64,000 nucleotides of DNA from Amoebidium appalachense (GCA_963693365.1 CAVNZM010000017.1:6376708-6440707), one strand, 5' to 3'. Positions 29,669 to 43,780 are shown, counted from the stretch's first letter. Numbers and translations are program-made. The notes: generated from the sequence alone by a model not told the origin.

Positions 29669-30204
29669 CTTGTCTTTAACAAGTGCGCAAACTCCAAGTT
29701 TCTTTCCTTGTAGTTTTCGGTATGATTAGCAGGGGGAGAATGTGCTGCTTATTGGTGTTTATCACTGGTTTCTTTCTTGTCTTGTATAAAAATTGAACTT
29801 CTATCCCTCTCTTAAAGCCTTGTCGTTAGAGGTATAGAGTTTTGTGGCATAAAATAGTGTTTGTTGTAGGTGAGATGCGTCCGTATGTCAGACAGCTAGA
29901 GATTACAAGGTTCCCTCACAGTGTCTAATTAACACTAATAAAACTACTTAGAAGCACACTTACTTAACCTGTCCTAGTGAAGGAGCTTCCAGGTACAAAA
30001 ACAGATAAGTACAAAGCCCCACAGGAGAAATGGAACTATAGATGCAGGAGCCAAGCTAACCCTTATGCCTCTGCCCTGCAACACTCCTTACAGAAATGCT
30101 GGGCCACAGTAGCCCTAGAGAACAAAAACTCTCATATTATGTGGCCACCACACTTTGATTACTGTCACAACAACCGTTGAAACAGAAATTTCGTCCGACC
30201 GTTC

Positions 30205-30410
30205 GGGATATATGACGTCATCACACAAACTTGACTTGTGATTTTGTGTGCAGGCCGGTTTATGACGTCATACTTTTTTCGCGCCCTTTTTTATAGTTAT
30301 CCGATCGCACGTCACAAGCCCACTCAGACTCCATCCAAAGGGTGAGTGCAACATGTTTTGGAAGGAAAACTGAAAAGGGTGAGTGCGACATGTTTTGGAA
30401 GGAAAACTGA
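30205..30410. promoter_or_regulatory. Putative bidirectional promoter between UFM1 and the PHF10-like gene
   Basis: Two perfect CRE palindromes TGACGTCA (30213-30220, 30263-30270), E2F-like TTTTCGCGCC (~30276-30285), and a 37-bp tandem duplication (30337-30373/30374-30410) containing a GTGAGT donor. Confidence 0.55.
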
Positions 30411-30663
30411 ATGCAGGAATGTTTAGAGATGGGTTGTATGTACATAAAGAACGAGTGTACGGTTGATGGCAGGTGCCGAAGGGATATAAAGTAGGAACGA
30501 AGAGCAGTTTTATAGGTTCTGTGCAAAAGCCTGACACACATTCGTAACTGGGGCCTCGTATTAAGCTTTAGAGAGAACAAGTGTTGCCTTTTCCTTATAG
30601 CTTCGAGCCTCGGTTTGGTTGATTAACTTCTTGTCTTCACGTTTTAGTGTTACAAATAATAAC

Positions 30664-30889
30664 ATGGCAGCCACGTTAGAGTTGAGCCACACTGGGCCTT
30701 CATCGGATGTAGAAGTGCTGTCTGAGAGGGAAGGTGGGTAGCAGAACCCGACATTTTTATTTTTTCGTTTTCCTTTAGGTTTGCTCTTTCTCTTCTTCTA
30801 TTATTTGCTCCGATTTTGAACCGGGAGTGAACTTGTTCACAACGCGTTCTTCTCCCCCTCCCTCCCTCCCTCCCTTCCCCTTCCCTGCC

Positions 30890-30928
<39 letters not shown>

Positions 30929-31798
30929 CACCCCCGCACACACACACGCACACACACACACACACACGCACGCACACGCACACATGCACGGACACTCACA
31001 CACACGCACACACATACCACATTTGCCACAAAAAAATAATATTAAGACAGCCCACAGCTACACAACACACCTATCTATGCCCACCACACCAACGTGGCAT
31101 GCATTCTCAAAGAGAGCAAGAGTCAGGGGTTCCGGGTGGATGGGTGTGTGTGTGTGTGGGTGGGGGGGGGGGGGGGGGGGGGGTGTGCTGGGGGGGAGTT
31201 GGGGGGAAGGGGAAGGGCCAGCAAAAGTTCAAGGAGAAAACCAACAGTTAGAACCAATGTTTCCTCTGTTCTGTTCTACTCTAGTTGGGTGTCGCTTTTT
31301 TCTCTCTTATATCTTGGAAGGGTGTCTGTGTGCGTGTATGTGCGCGTGTATGTGCGCGTGCGCGTGTGTATTTGTGTGCGCGCGCGTGTGTGTGTGTGTG
31401 TGCGCGTGTGCGCATGTGTGCGTGCGTGCATGCGTCCGTGCGTGCGTGCGTCCGTGCGTGCGTGCGTTACGGGTGTGTCTGTGTGTGTGTTTGTGTGTGT
31501 GCGTGTGTGTGGCCTGAGCGGTTTGGGGAGAAGGGAGGGGGGGGGGGGGGGGGGGAGGGGGGACAAATGGCTGTGGGTGGGCGGGTGGGGAGAGGGGGGA
31601 GGGGGGAGGGGGGAGGGGGAGGATAGAAGAACATATCAGGCAAGAAAGGTTGAGTTTCTGTATGGTTTGGTGAAAAAGTACCCGAGGGAGGGAGGGGGGA
31701 GAACGCAGCTTCTAACTTAGGCTGGCACACAGATGGACCCAACAGCAAGAGACTACGCGCGGAGGAGGAGCATGTGGGGACTGAATGTACGTGCGTGC

Positions 31799-31843
<45 letters not shown>

Positions 31844-31860
31844 AGAGAGAGAGAGAGAGA

Positions 31861-31932
<72 letters not shown>

Positions 31933-32111
31933 GTTCATGTTCGTGGTTTATCTTGGAAATCCTTTCTTTCTTGGTGTAGCTCTTTGACTGGGGTGTATAA
32001 TGATAATATTGTTGATACTTCATCTGCCCCCCTCTCCCCTTCTCCCCCCCCCCCCCCCCAAAAAAAAAAAAGAAAAAGAAAAAAGAAAAAGAAAAACACC
32101 TCCAACCCCCT

Positions 32112-32150
<39 letters not shown>

Positions 32151-32343
32151 CCCCCCCCTTCCTCTCCCCCCCTCTCCCTTGGCTTTTTTTTCAGAAGTAT
32201 ATGATGGGATCTTGATGAGTGCGATGTGATAAATGAAGCTTTTTTATGCCCCCTGTTGTGCCCGTGTTGTGGATGGGTTTGAAGGGGGGGGCGCCGGGGG
32301 GGGGGGGGGGGGGGGGGGAAGGGGTTGGAGTTGTTTTTTTTTT

Positions 32344-32383
<40 letters not shown>

Positions 32384-35300
32384 AAGAAGGGGGGGGGGGG
32401 GGGGGGCGGGCATTGGCATTGAGGATTTGTGTGGACGAAGAGGGGTTTGTTGAAGACTCATCAACATGCTGTGTCGGAATGTGGGAGGATAGAAAAGGCT
32501 GGTGGACTTTTTTTTTCTTTCTTTCTTTGGTTCTTTTATTTTTTATTTTTGTGTGTGTGTGCGTGTGTATGTGTGTGTGCGTGTGTGTGTGTGCGCGCGT
32601 GCGTGCGTGTGTGTGCGTGTGCTTTTGTTCGAGGGGGGAAGGTGGGGGAGGGGGGAGGGGGAGAAGAGACCTGGATGGTTTGGGCCTGAAGGCCTCGTGC
32701 TATATCCATACAAGGGAAGTTAGCTACCCAAGAAAGCATATGACCATATAAGGCTAAGCTTGGTGTGTGCAGTCACGGGGCCGTACCCTTCCTCCTGGGT
32801 GCACACGATCCAAAATGCAGCGAGAAAGGCAGCTAACTTTAACAGGGTAGGGTGTCTCTCTCCCTCACTTCCATCCACATTTCCCCCCCCCCCATCTCTC
32901 CACTCTCTCCCTCCCTCCCTTTCCCCCTCTCTTTGCCTCCTCGCTTCCCTTCTCTCCCCCTCTCTCTCCTTCTTCCCCCCCCCTTCCCGCTCCCCTCCTC
33001 CCTTTGGTTGTACCGTCCTCTCCCCCCTTTCTTCTCTTTCTCTCTTGCTCTTTCTTCCCCCCTTCCCTCCCCCTCAATCCCCCTCTCCCTCCCTCACTTC
33101 CTCTCCCTCTCCCTCGATCTCTCCCTCTCTTCCCCCTCCTTCCCTCCCTCCCTCTCTCTCTCCTTCCTCCCCACTTCCCCCCTCCATTTTTATATCCTTC
33201 CCTTCCGTCTCCCCTCCCTTTCTCTCCCCCACCCTTTCCATCTTCCCTCTCTCCCTCCTGGTCGGAAAGAGAGGAGGGGAGAAGGGGGGGGGGGGGGGAG
33301 GGGGGAGGGGGAGGGGGGGGAGGGGAGGGCTTGCACTCTAAGCTCGACACAAAACTTATTCACGTCCATATTCCCACTTTTATTACACACACTCCCCATT
33401 TTCTCCTACTCTTCCGATCACTCCTCTTGTGTGTTACTGCTCATTAGATTTACAGCATAATCAAAAGAGTGGTGAGACAGATATTACCTTCTTGAGATTG
33501 GGTGTGCCTTTTTTGAATATCACGTCTCACATGTATGATGTATCATGAAAAACGGAGAAAAGAGGAGGAGAGGGGGTTGAGGGGGGGGGGCAGGGAGAGG
33601 GAGAGATGAGGGGATTAAATTTTGATTAGAGTTCAGGGTGGGGGGGCGGGGGGAGGGAGGCGGGGTGGGGAGGGGGGAGGGGGGCGGGGGGAGGGAGGCG
33701 GGAGGGTTAACCTAACAGGGAGGGGTGCAGCAATTACTATACAATCGACAGCACACGAGGGGGGCATGTTACGATGCACACAGTCAGCAGACACATCTCC
33801 CAGAGGCACAGGTGAGCACACGTACATGCACACGTACATGCACACGTACATGCACACGTACATACACACATACATGCACACGTACATGCACACGTACATG
33901 CACACATACATGCACACGTACATGCACACGTACGTGCACACACACACGTATGTGGTGTGTGCATATGGGCCCACACACATAGAGAGAGATAGACACGGCC
34001 ACATACACCACACATGTGTGCACACACACGAACACTTGCCTGTGTTTGCGTGCAACATGTGCACATTTGCACACACACACACACACACAGAATTACAAAA
34101 GGCCCCGCACACAAACTAAGAGCACGTACCTTCACACGCACACACTCACTCGCAAATGTACATACAGACACATAACCTGCATATCGACAAACACCCACGA
34201 TCTCGCACACACGCGCACAAACAGGGGCAGGGGCGCATACATACACACATGACACCCCTCCCCTGTCCCCCCCCCAAGTTAGATCTTTGAAAGATGCAAG
34301 ATTGACAAGCCGTGAAACATTCCCTCCCCCCCCCTCCCCCCTTCTCCCCCCCCCCCTCGTGTCCTGCACCATGCTTCTCATCGTGTATGCGTACTTCGTG
34401 CCGTGTTCCGCATTCAAACCCCCCCAGTCTTCTTTCAGAGGTGTCCTTTCAGGACAGACCACTGTGTGGAGACCGCTTTACTTCCATGCAACCGGGCATG
34501 GTTGCTCTGTGTCATGCATCTGTAAGCACATACGCATTTTTCGCTGCACTGCTTTAGTTTGCACACACATCTTCACCGTTTTGCTCACCTTGCTTGCATA
34601 AGCAACCCTGCTCGTCTTTGATCAAGACGGGTTGACCCTCTCAAGTTCAGTTGATGCTGCTATCTGAGTTGGAGAGTCGTATATACGCGGGCTAAGGGGT
34701 CGAAACTCAGACGTAATTGATGACTTGGGCCCTCCCTGAGGATGGGCTCTGCTTATGACGCATACTGTGCGCATGGCTGATGTTGCATACTTGAATGTTT
34801 TCCTTTGCATGTGTCCTGCACCATGCTTCTCATCGTGTATGCGTACTTCGTACCGTGTTCCGCATTCAAACCCCCCCCCCCCCCCCCCCTTCTCCCCCCC
34901 TCCCCCCCCCCCCCCTCCCACACACACACACACACATCCTTTCCCCCCTCATCCTTTTTTTTGTTAAGGATATGCATATTTAGAATCCTGTTCTCCTCAT
35001 TTTGTTCTGTGTGGATTCAAGTAATTTTTGAGGAAGTGACGTCAACACGACAGAGTGACGTCAGATCTGAGATCAGCACGGTCTGCTGTAGATTCATTTC
35101 CTTTTTTAGGCATCCTGTAATCACCATATAAGGGAATCCTGGAGAATTTTGCCGACTTAATGGTGGTTCCGTTCGTTTATGAAATACTATGCAAAAACAC
35201 CTTGGGGTATATACTACATACCATTCATTAACAATAAATCTTAATCCGCAGGTGCCAAGTTTTAACGATTGAATATCTTAGTGCACCTATCTCAAGTTTT

Positions 35301-35646
35301 CACAATCGTACATGTTTTCAACTCAGTGCACCTGTGTATTTACGATTTTTTTGATTGGCAGGTTATGAGACTTCCGCCAGAGAAAACGCAAGTGGGCAAC
35401 CATCCAGCCCAGCTGATGCCCCACCAATACGTGGACGGATACATTGTGTGAGTATTGCCTTTTTGGTATTTGGTATTTTCCTTATTGCGACAGGTACATT
35501 GTGTGCTTTATGCAGATATTTTACTTGGTAATCCCTTATTTGTTGTTTAAAGTGGGCATGCTTTACTTATTTTTTTGTCCCCGACAGAGACATCCGGCAA
35601 CGGTCTGTGTGTGGGTGGGTGGGTGGGTCTGTGTGTGTGTTGTGTG

Positions 35647-35680
<34 letters not shown>

Positions 35681-35759
35681 GGGGGGGGAAGGGGGGGAGG
35701 ATGGGGGGGGTGTGGATGGGTGAGTGGGTGGGTGGGGGGTGCGTGTTGGTGTATTAGTA

Positions 35760-35790
<31 letters not shown>

Positions 35791-36105
35791 ATGCGTTTGC
35801 CTGTGTGTGTGTGTGTGTGTTCACTCACTCACTATCTGTTTTGTGTCTCTGGCGTGTGCATCAACACACCCCACATACACACTGACACACACACACACGC
35901 ACAAGCACACAAGCCCACACGCACACGCAAACGCACACGCACACACGCACACGCACACGCACATGCTCATGCACACACACACACACACACACACACAGCT
36001 ATTCTGCCCATGCCATTATGAATGCATATGAAGGCAATTTTGAAGACCATCTTCCGCCAACTACATCACAATCAGTATGTTGGCCCCCCCCCCCCCCCCC
36101 CTCCC

Positions 36106-36142
<37 letters not shown>

Positions 36143-36311
36143 CGGGAAAAAAAAATGTACCCAGGCACTAGAAACAATTGTCATTCTTCCAGTTTTTTGT
36201 TCCCTTTCTTCGATTTTTGGTTATGTACTCTGTTGTGGTTTCTGATCTTCCCCTATTCTCGATTGGTTTTTGTTCGTTTTCTTGGCCCAGTGTACACCGG
36301 GGACTTCACAA

Positions 36312-36349
<38 letters not shown>

Positions 36350-37336
36350 CCCCCCCTTCCTCCCTCCTGCCCATCCCCCTCCTTCCCCTCCCCCCCTACA
36401 ATAAAAAAAAAAGAAAAAAAGAAAAGGGGGGGGGGGGGGGGGGGGAGAAAGAGCCCAACTTTAATTTAATATTGGCCTAATGACAACAACAAAAAAACAC
36501 CTCAGAAAGAAAGCAATCCAAATAGAATAACTGAATATTTAACATACACATTAACCCATCACAGACCATACCCCGCACGTCTTCTGCCCAGCGCACAGAC
36601 AAGCAGCCCCAGAGACAAACACAGACCACAGCTGCAAAGGAGGGCAGAGGTGTGTGGGTTGATGAACGGGGTGGTGGTGTGTGTGTGTGGTGGTGGTGGG
36701 GGGGGGGGGGGGGGGGAGGGAGGGGGGGGAGGGGGAAGGGGGGGGGGACAGAAGGCTTTGGCAGAATGTGGTGTTTTTTCGGTTGCTGAAATCGTCTTTT
36801 TTTTCTTTTTTTTTTCTTTTTTTTCATGCTTTGGTTGTTTTTTTGTTGTTGTTGTTTGTTTGTTTGTTTGTTTTGTTTTTTTTATGTTTTGTTTTGGAGG
36901 GGAAGGGGGAGGGGGCGGGGGGGGGGAGGGGGGGGGAGGTAATGCCATGTGCATTTAGTAGCGTGTCGATTTTCTTTCAGGTGTTCACATATCTGTTTTG
37001 CTGTGTAGTCATTTTTTTTAAACTCTCTCACCAGATTCAAGTCGGGCAGCTTCAGAGGAGCCGAAGGTGTGTCTCCCCCCCTTCCCCCCTCCCCCCCTCC
37101 CCCCACCCTCCCCCTTCCCCCCCCCCCCCCCTCCCCCCGCCCAACACAGACACACACACACACACACACACACACACTGTCACCCACCCATCCCCAAACC
37201 CCTAAACCAATTGCCTTGCAGTTCTAGTTCACACCGTCATGCTTCAATGCACTTGGGTTCAGTTTTATGAGCTGTGCAACGTACACCCTCTCCTCCCCCC
37301 CCTCCCTCTCCCAACTTCGATTTCACACATGCACGT

Positions 37337-37375
<39 letters not shown>

Positions 37376-37436
37376 CACGCCCACGCCCACGCCCACGCGT
37401 ACGCGCGCACGGCACACACACACGCACACACGCACG

Positions 37437-37475
<39 letters not shown>

Positions 37476-38368
37476 CACCATATCACCGCCACTATCCCCA
37501 TCTTTACTCCTTCTCCACCACCCAGCCCGTTCCGTCCATACCCCTATTCACCAAATCTTGGCTCACGCTGACTCTGTGTTGATGTTTCAGGGTCCAGGCA
37601 GAAAGAGAAAGCCAACATGTTCAATCTGTATTGGTACGGAGGAGAGGAATAAGTTGGGAGAGCCTGAGCCATTCGTACAGTGTGCTACGTGCAACGGCAG
37701 AGGTGTGTGTGCTTGTGTGGTTGGGTGGGCGGGCGGGTGTGTGTGTGTGTGGGTGGGTGGGTGAGTGTGTGTGTGTGTGGGGAGGGGGGGAGGGGGGGGG
37801 GGGGGGGAGGGGGGGGGACGGGCAGGCGGCAGGGAGGGTGGGCGGGTGTGTATATGTGCGTGTGTGCATATGAGCGTGCACGCGCGCGCACGTGTGCGTG
37901 CATGTGGTTGTCTGTGTATGTGCATGGCTAAGTGTGTCTGTGCCCTTGTGTGCTTCTGTTTGAGTGTGTGTGTGTGTGGTTGTGTTTTTTTTTGTGCGTG
38001 TGTGTGGGGGGGAGGGGGGGACGACGGGGGATTCACTTGTATGGGGTGTGTGGATATGTGTTTGTCTGCATGTGTGTCCTGGACCAACGGATGTTGGTTC
38101 CTTTGGGCTGAGGTTTGATGGTTGTGGTCGTGGTGGTTGTTTTTGGGGGCCAGGGGGGGCGAAGGGACGGACTGGGAGGAGGGGAGGGGGAGGTGGGGAG
38201 GGGGGGGGAGTGAGATGGAGATGGTTTGGTTCCGTTGTTCGGGTGTCTGGGATAAAGTTGGATTTGTTGAATTCAAACCTAAATGATGCATGTATACTCA
38301 GGCTTACACGTTGGCTTGCATGTACTGAAATACCCCCACACTTACAATGTCTACTCATTGCACACATG

Positions 38369-38447
<79 letters not shown>

Positions 38448-38478
38448 TCACTCACTCACTCGCTCGCTCGCTCGCTCG

Positions 38479-38565
<87 letters not shown>

Positions 38566-38604
38566 TCACTCACACACTCACTCACTCACTCGCTCGCTCG
38601 CTCG

Positions 38605-38652
<48 letters not shown>

Positions 38653-40333
38653 CACACACACACACGGACACCCACACACACTCACGTACATACACACACA
38701 CACACATACACACACACAGTGCACCCCTCGTGCATCGACATTGATCCACAGCTTGTGCCCATCATCAAAACATACGACTGGCAGTGTGTTGACTGCAAGC
38801 TGTGCATTGTCTGCAAGGATCCGGGGTCGGAGGTGGGACATAGTATGGAAACAAAGCAAAAAAAAGAAAACAAAGAAAACAAAGAGAAAAAAAGAAAAAA
38901 GGTGACCATTGGGGGGGGGGAGGGGGGGAGGGGGGGGGAGGGGGGGGGGGGGGGGGGGGGGGGGGGATGGGAGGGGGGGAGAGGTGAGGGGGGGAGGGGG
39001 AGGGGGGGACTTTTTGGCTTTTGTGTTCTCTCATTCTGTCTTGCACTGTCCATGCCTTTCCTTTATTTCCTAACCTGTTCATACCGGCAAATTTCTCTAG
39101 ATATTCATTTCAGAAACGCAGAAACAGATACAACAGCAAATGAAATAATGATATTTTCCCCAAACCAACTTAGAAACTGATATAGGTTAGACATATACGT
39201 GTCGATATTTACAATTTATTTGAGCTTTTTCTATCAGTTTTGAGCCGCAATAGGCTTGCTTAGAGCTGTGTAGGGCTGGCCGGCTGCCGGCCAAATCAAT
39301 TAGTGCCACCCTGAAGAGGTCAATTAAAGAAAGCAGGATCATGTTAAAGATGACAGGGATTCTGAAGAGAGCGGGAGAGTGTCGGCACTTGACGTTGAGT
39401 CAAACTTTGCTCGTTCCGGATGGACCCTTTCTTCCCGTTTTTTTTTTTGTTGGTTGATTTTAACCTACAACACCCTTCCCATCCTCGACCCCCTCCTTCC
39501 CCCCCCCCCCCCCCAACACACACACACACACCACCACCACCACCAAATTTTCTCCACTTTGCCTCCCCACACAGAACAAGTTTCTATTTTGTGATGAGTG
39601 TGATCGAGGCTACCACACTTTCTGCATCGGACTCAAGAACATCCCAAGCGGTACGTGTGTGTCTGCGGGTGGGTGGGTGGGTGTAGGAGGTTGCATGGGT
39701 GTATGTTCTTATGTGGGTGGATAGGTCGGTGGGTGGTATGGTCTGGGTGTGTGTGTGCCAGGGCATGTGTTTCTGCGTGTTGTATGGGCACATGTGCGTG
39801 TCCATATTTGTGGGTGCGCTTGTGTAGTGCTATTACATATTACATGTTCATATGGGTATGATTGCGTGTAAAACGTAATATACCTAGCATGCTTTTCCCG
39901 GCCATCCACCCCCCCCCCCCCCCCCCCCCCCCCCCTTCCAGTTTATTCCTTGTGATACTTCCGTCGTCAAGTTTTCCCTACGTTACCCTCCCTACCCAGC
40001 TTCTCTCTGTTCCTCCCAATTCTCCACGTACATAGCCTCTTCCTTCGCTCTCTTTCCCTCCTGCTTCTCCTTTTCCTCCCTTTTCTCCGCTCCCTTACTC
40101 TCCTCCCCTGTCCCTCCTTCCCCCCCCCCCCCCTCCCCTTGTCTCCGGGGTAATCAAAAAATGAGATCATAGCACTGCATTGCACTTGCCATACATGGTT
40201 CACCACCTTCCATATTTGGACTCACACCAGCCAATCAGGACGCTGGATCTGTGATAAGTGTGGGCAGTGTGCATCGTGCGGGAAGACGTCCCCGGGGGAG
40301 GGAAATGCAAAATGGAGACACGAGGTGTGTGCG

Positions 40334-40372
<39 letters not shown>

Positions 40373-40384
40373 ACCCACCACCAC

Positions 40385-40478
<94 letters not shown>

Positions 40479-40549
40479 AAGACAGCCACACACGATCCAG
40501 GCACCCAGCCTCCCCCAATCCCCTCCCCCCTCCCCCCCCCCCCCCTCCC

Positions 40550-40585
<36 letters not shown>

Positions 40586-40894
40586 CTCACCAGCTTGCAA
40601 AGGGTAACAGGAACCATTGATGAAGAATAAGGTTTTTTGCGAGTTGCGAGTTAATATAGTATACGCACGACTTCCCTTAGGTTATCAAAGGGTCGCTTTC
40701 CAGAGAAATCCCCCTCCCCTGCCTCCCCCCCCCCCCCCCCCCCCTTCCCCCCCCCCCTCCCCCCCCACCCCCCCCCCCACACACACTCTCCCCCCTTCCT
40801 GCTATACATTACTTTTTTCATGTGTGTTTGTGTTTATTTTGTGTTTATTGTTCTGTTTTTTTTGTTTTTTTTTTGTTTTGTTTTTTTTGTTTTT

Positions 40895-40925
<31 letters not shown>

Positions 40926-41020
40926 GGGGGACAAGAGATATCTGTGGCTTTAAAAAAGCGAATTGGATGTGAGCTATGTCTGTGTATGTTTGTGTTTTTT
41001 TGTTTTTTTTTTTTTTTTTT

Positions 41021-41061
<41 letters not shown>

Positions 41062-41169
41062 AAGAGATATCTGTGGCTTTAAAAAGCGAATTGGATGTGA
41101 GCTATGTCTGTGTATGTTTGTGTTTTTTTCTTTTTCCTTTTTTTTTCTTTTCTTATTTTTTTTTTTTTT

Positions 41170-41213
<44 letters not shown>

Positions 41214-41323
41214 GTGGCTATGCACAGTATCCTGTTAAGCCTTGATAATGTGTGCAGTCCATGAATACTGAGAGGCTGGGTTATTGTGACTGTCTACTCA
41301 CCTTTCCATCTATATTTGTGTAT

Positions 41324-41417
<94 letters not shown>

Positions 41418-41620
41418 GCGCGTGCGCATGCCACACAAACACAACATCCAACACTTTCAGTATTCAAGAGCCAAAGAAGGAGAGGAGCCAAAATTCCTCC
41501 AAACACTCTGTATGGCCTGTTCAAAGTAAGCCCCCCCCCCCCCAAAAAAAAAAAAAAAAAAAAAAAGAACCGATCCCCTCCTTCCCCCGTCTGGTTGAAA
41601 CTCGGGTGATGTGCATGACT

Positions 41621-41655
<35 letters not shown>

Positions 41656-42150
41656 CCACTCCCCTTCCCCTCTGGCACTTCTCCCCCCCCCCCCCCCTCT
41701 CTCCCTCCCCCCCGGCAGATGGGCGCTTCTAGACTGCAAAAATGCTTCTCTGTTGTGAATTGAATTATACTTTCAACGGTGTGCTGTCCACCCCTCACCT
41801 TCCGCCCTCCCTCTTTTCGGACGTGCATCAGTACGTTTGGTTGTATGCTTTGGGTGTGGTACAGGCCGCTATTAAGGGTTGAAGGAAACGGTCGAATGAT
41901 GCTTGTGTGAAAAAGAGAGAACTAAGGGTGGGTGGATGTGTGTGTGTGTTACGCGGGGGGGGGGGGGGGGGGGGGGGGGGGGGAGGGGGGGAGGAGGGGG
42001 GGGATGGATGGGAGGGGGATCCTGAATTGGAAGACGTGCACCCCCCCCCCCCCCCCCCCCCCCCCCTTCTTCCCTCTCCCTCCACCAAAAAAGTTGAAAA
42101 ATTTATAGTCCTCGCGCATTACTCACACTCACGTGCTTCTGCTCTTATCA

Positions 42151-42182
<32 letters not shown>

Positions 42183-42200
42183 CCACACACACACACAAAA

Positions 42201-42251
<51 letters not shown>

Positions 42252-42253
42252 TA

Positions 42254-42305
<52 letters not shown>

Positions 42306-42996
42306 CAGTTCCGCATCGGCAACTTCTGCCCCGTATGTCTTAAAGTGTACCGGGCCACCGAGAATGATCTTCCTATGGTGTGCTGTGACAAGTGTGATCG
42401 ATGGATACATATCGGTATGCCATTCCCCATGCATCAAGTCTGAAATGTTGCATTGACTTTATCTATACTAGTGAAGGTGGCATCCCTCGAAGGGGGTAGG
42501 GGAAATGAAGGGGGAGGACGGGGGGGGGGGGGGGGGGGGGTATATGCCTTCTCGTTTGGTGAGTGGGTGGGTGGGTGGGTGTCGGTGTTGTTGGGGAGGA
42601 GAGGGGTGGGGGTGGGGGGGGGGGGGGGAAGACTTTATTTACCCCGTGAGTATGCTTCAGTTTTGTAGACCCCCCCCCCCCCCCCCCCGGGCGTTCTCTC
42701 CCCCTCCTGCCCGCTGCTGCCCATGCACCCAGCCCTCAATCCCCTATTTCCCTGCACATCGTGCATGCACCTGCCCACCGTGATATGTCCACATAGATAT
42801 TGCACTGACAAACAACTCAACCATGTTCGCGTTCACATACATGCATGGTAGCACACACACACATGCACAGGCACACACACACACACACACACTCACTCAC
42901 TCACTCACTCACTCACTCACTCACTCACTCACTCACTCACACGCACACGCACACGCACACGCACACGCGCACGCGCACACGCACACGCACACACAC

Positions 42997-43073
<77 letters not shown>

Positions 43074-43173
43074 GTGCGACAACATTGATGAAGCCACGTA
43101 TGAAGAGATGGCAGAAAGTACCCAGTCTTACATTTGCTGTCTGTGCAGGGGGGAGGTGGCAGACCGCTCATAA
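30664..43173 (+). CDS. PHF10: PHF10/BAF45a(SAYP)-like chromatin protein: partial SAY-like region, double PHD (DPF), Zn knuckle and a third PHD; 16 exons, ~436 aa
   Basis: In-phase exons 30664-30733, 31058-31135, 31721-31786, 32773-32846, 33731-33811, 35362-35447, 35999-36074, 36565-36649, 37035-37066, 37591-37702, 38720-38832, 39575-39650, 40239-40324, 41461-41525, 42305-42414, 43073-43173 (sum 1311 nt). [11 protein letters not shown]...[12 protein letters not shown]...[10 protein letters not shown] resembles the PHF10 SAY region; [29 protein letters not shown] and [28 protein letters not shown] match the PHF10 DPF. The first three exons are less certain. Confidence 0.85.
33818..33950. repeat. 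12-bp minisatellite (CACACGTACATG)n
   Basis: Seen directly, just after the 33811 donor. Confidence 0.9.
34358..34870 (+). mobile_element. Diverged R1 copies (34358-34419 and 34590-34870)
   Basis: 'gcataagcaaccctgctcgtct..gatcaagacgggt', 'ggtcgaaactcag', 'ccctgaggatgggctctgc', ending 'cgcattcaaa' + poly-C. Confidence 0.75.
40931..41128. repeat. ~70-bp tandem duplication separated by poly-T/poly-G
   Basis: 'acaagagatatctgtggctttaaaaa(a)gcgaattggatgtgagctatgtctgtgtatgtttgtg' at 40931 and 41060. Confidence 0.9.
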
Positions 43174-43742
43174 AAGTGGCATATACATGATCTTAGGTCA
43201 TGTTATATTTTATGTACCTGTTTTGGTTGGTTGGTTGATGTAGGTTTATCTAATATTTGTTAATTTTTTTAGAATACTGGTGTTGGTGAGTCTTTTTTTC
43301 TTCTTTTGGATGTTGGATTTTTTATAGAACACAGAAAAAAAACCAGGAATATGGGTGGAGAAAATGTAGTTATGATGCTGCTATGGTAGATTTCTCCGTG
43401 CATCTAAACCATACTAGAATATAAAAGGTGAGGCTGTGATTTTGTAGCCCTAACCTTCCGTCATCACAGGGTTGTAATCGGGACACCAATACGAAACCCT
43501 GAGGTTTTAGTCCACTCATTTTACTTATTAGTACAGCCCACGCTAATATAGCCTGTTATAGTGAGTGTGATTGTTGAAAGGTTGTGAAATCTGGCTGCAT
43601 ACATGAAACAAAACACAACGCACACGAAACACATGAGTATCAGGTATCGTGAGTAGTGAGCAGAGGGTTCGATTGATTGCAATGCATGTGCGTGTGTACA
43701 TATGTGAGCCCATCACGTGTGTTCTGGGCTGCGAGAGAGAGA

Positions 43743-43780
<38 letters not shown>

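Noticed and set aside
34453-34500. AG/GT-bounded segment as an extra PHF10 exon
   Set aside because: Exons 33731-33811 and 35362-35447 already join in phase and match PHF10 collinearly; the segment lies among R1 repeat copies.
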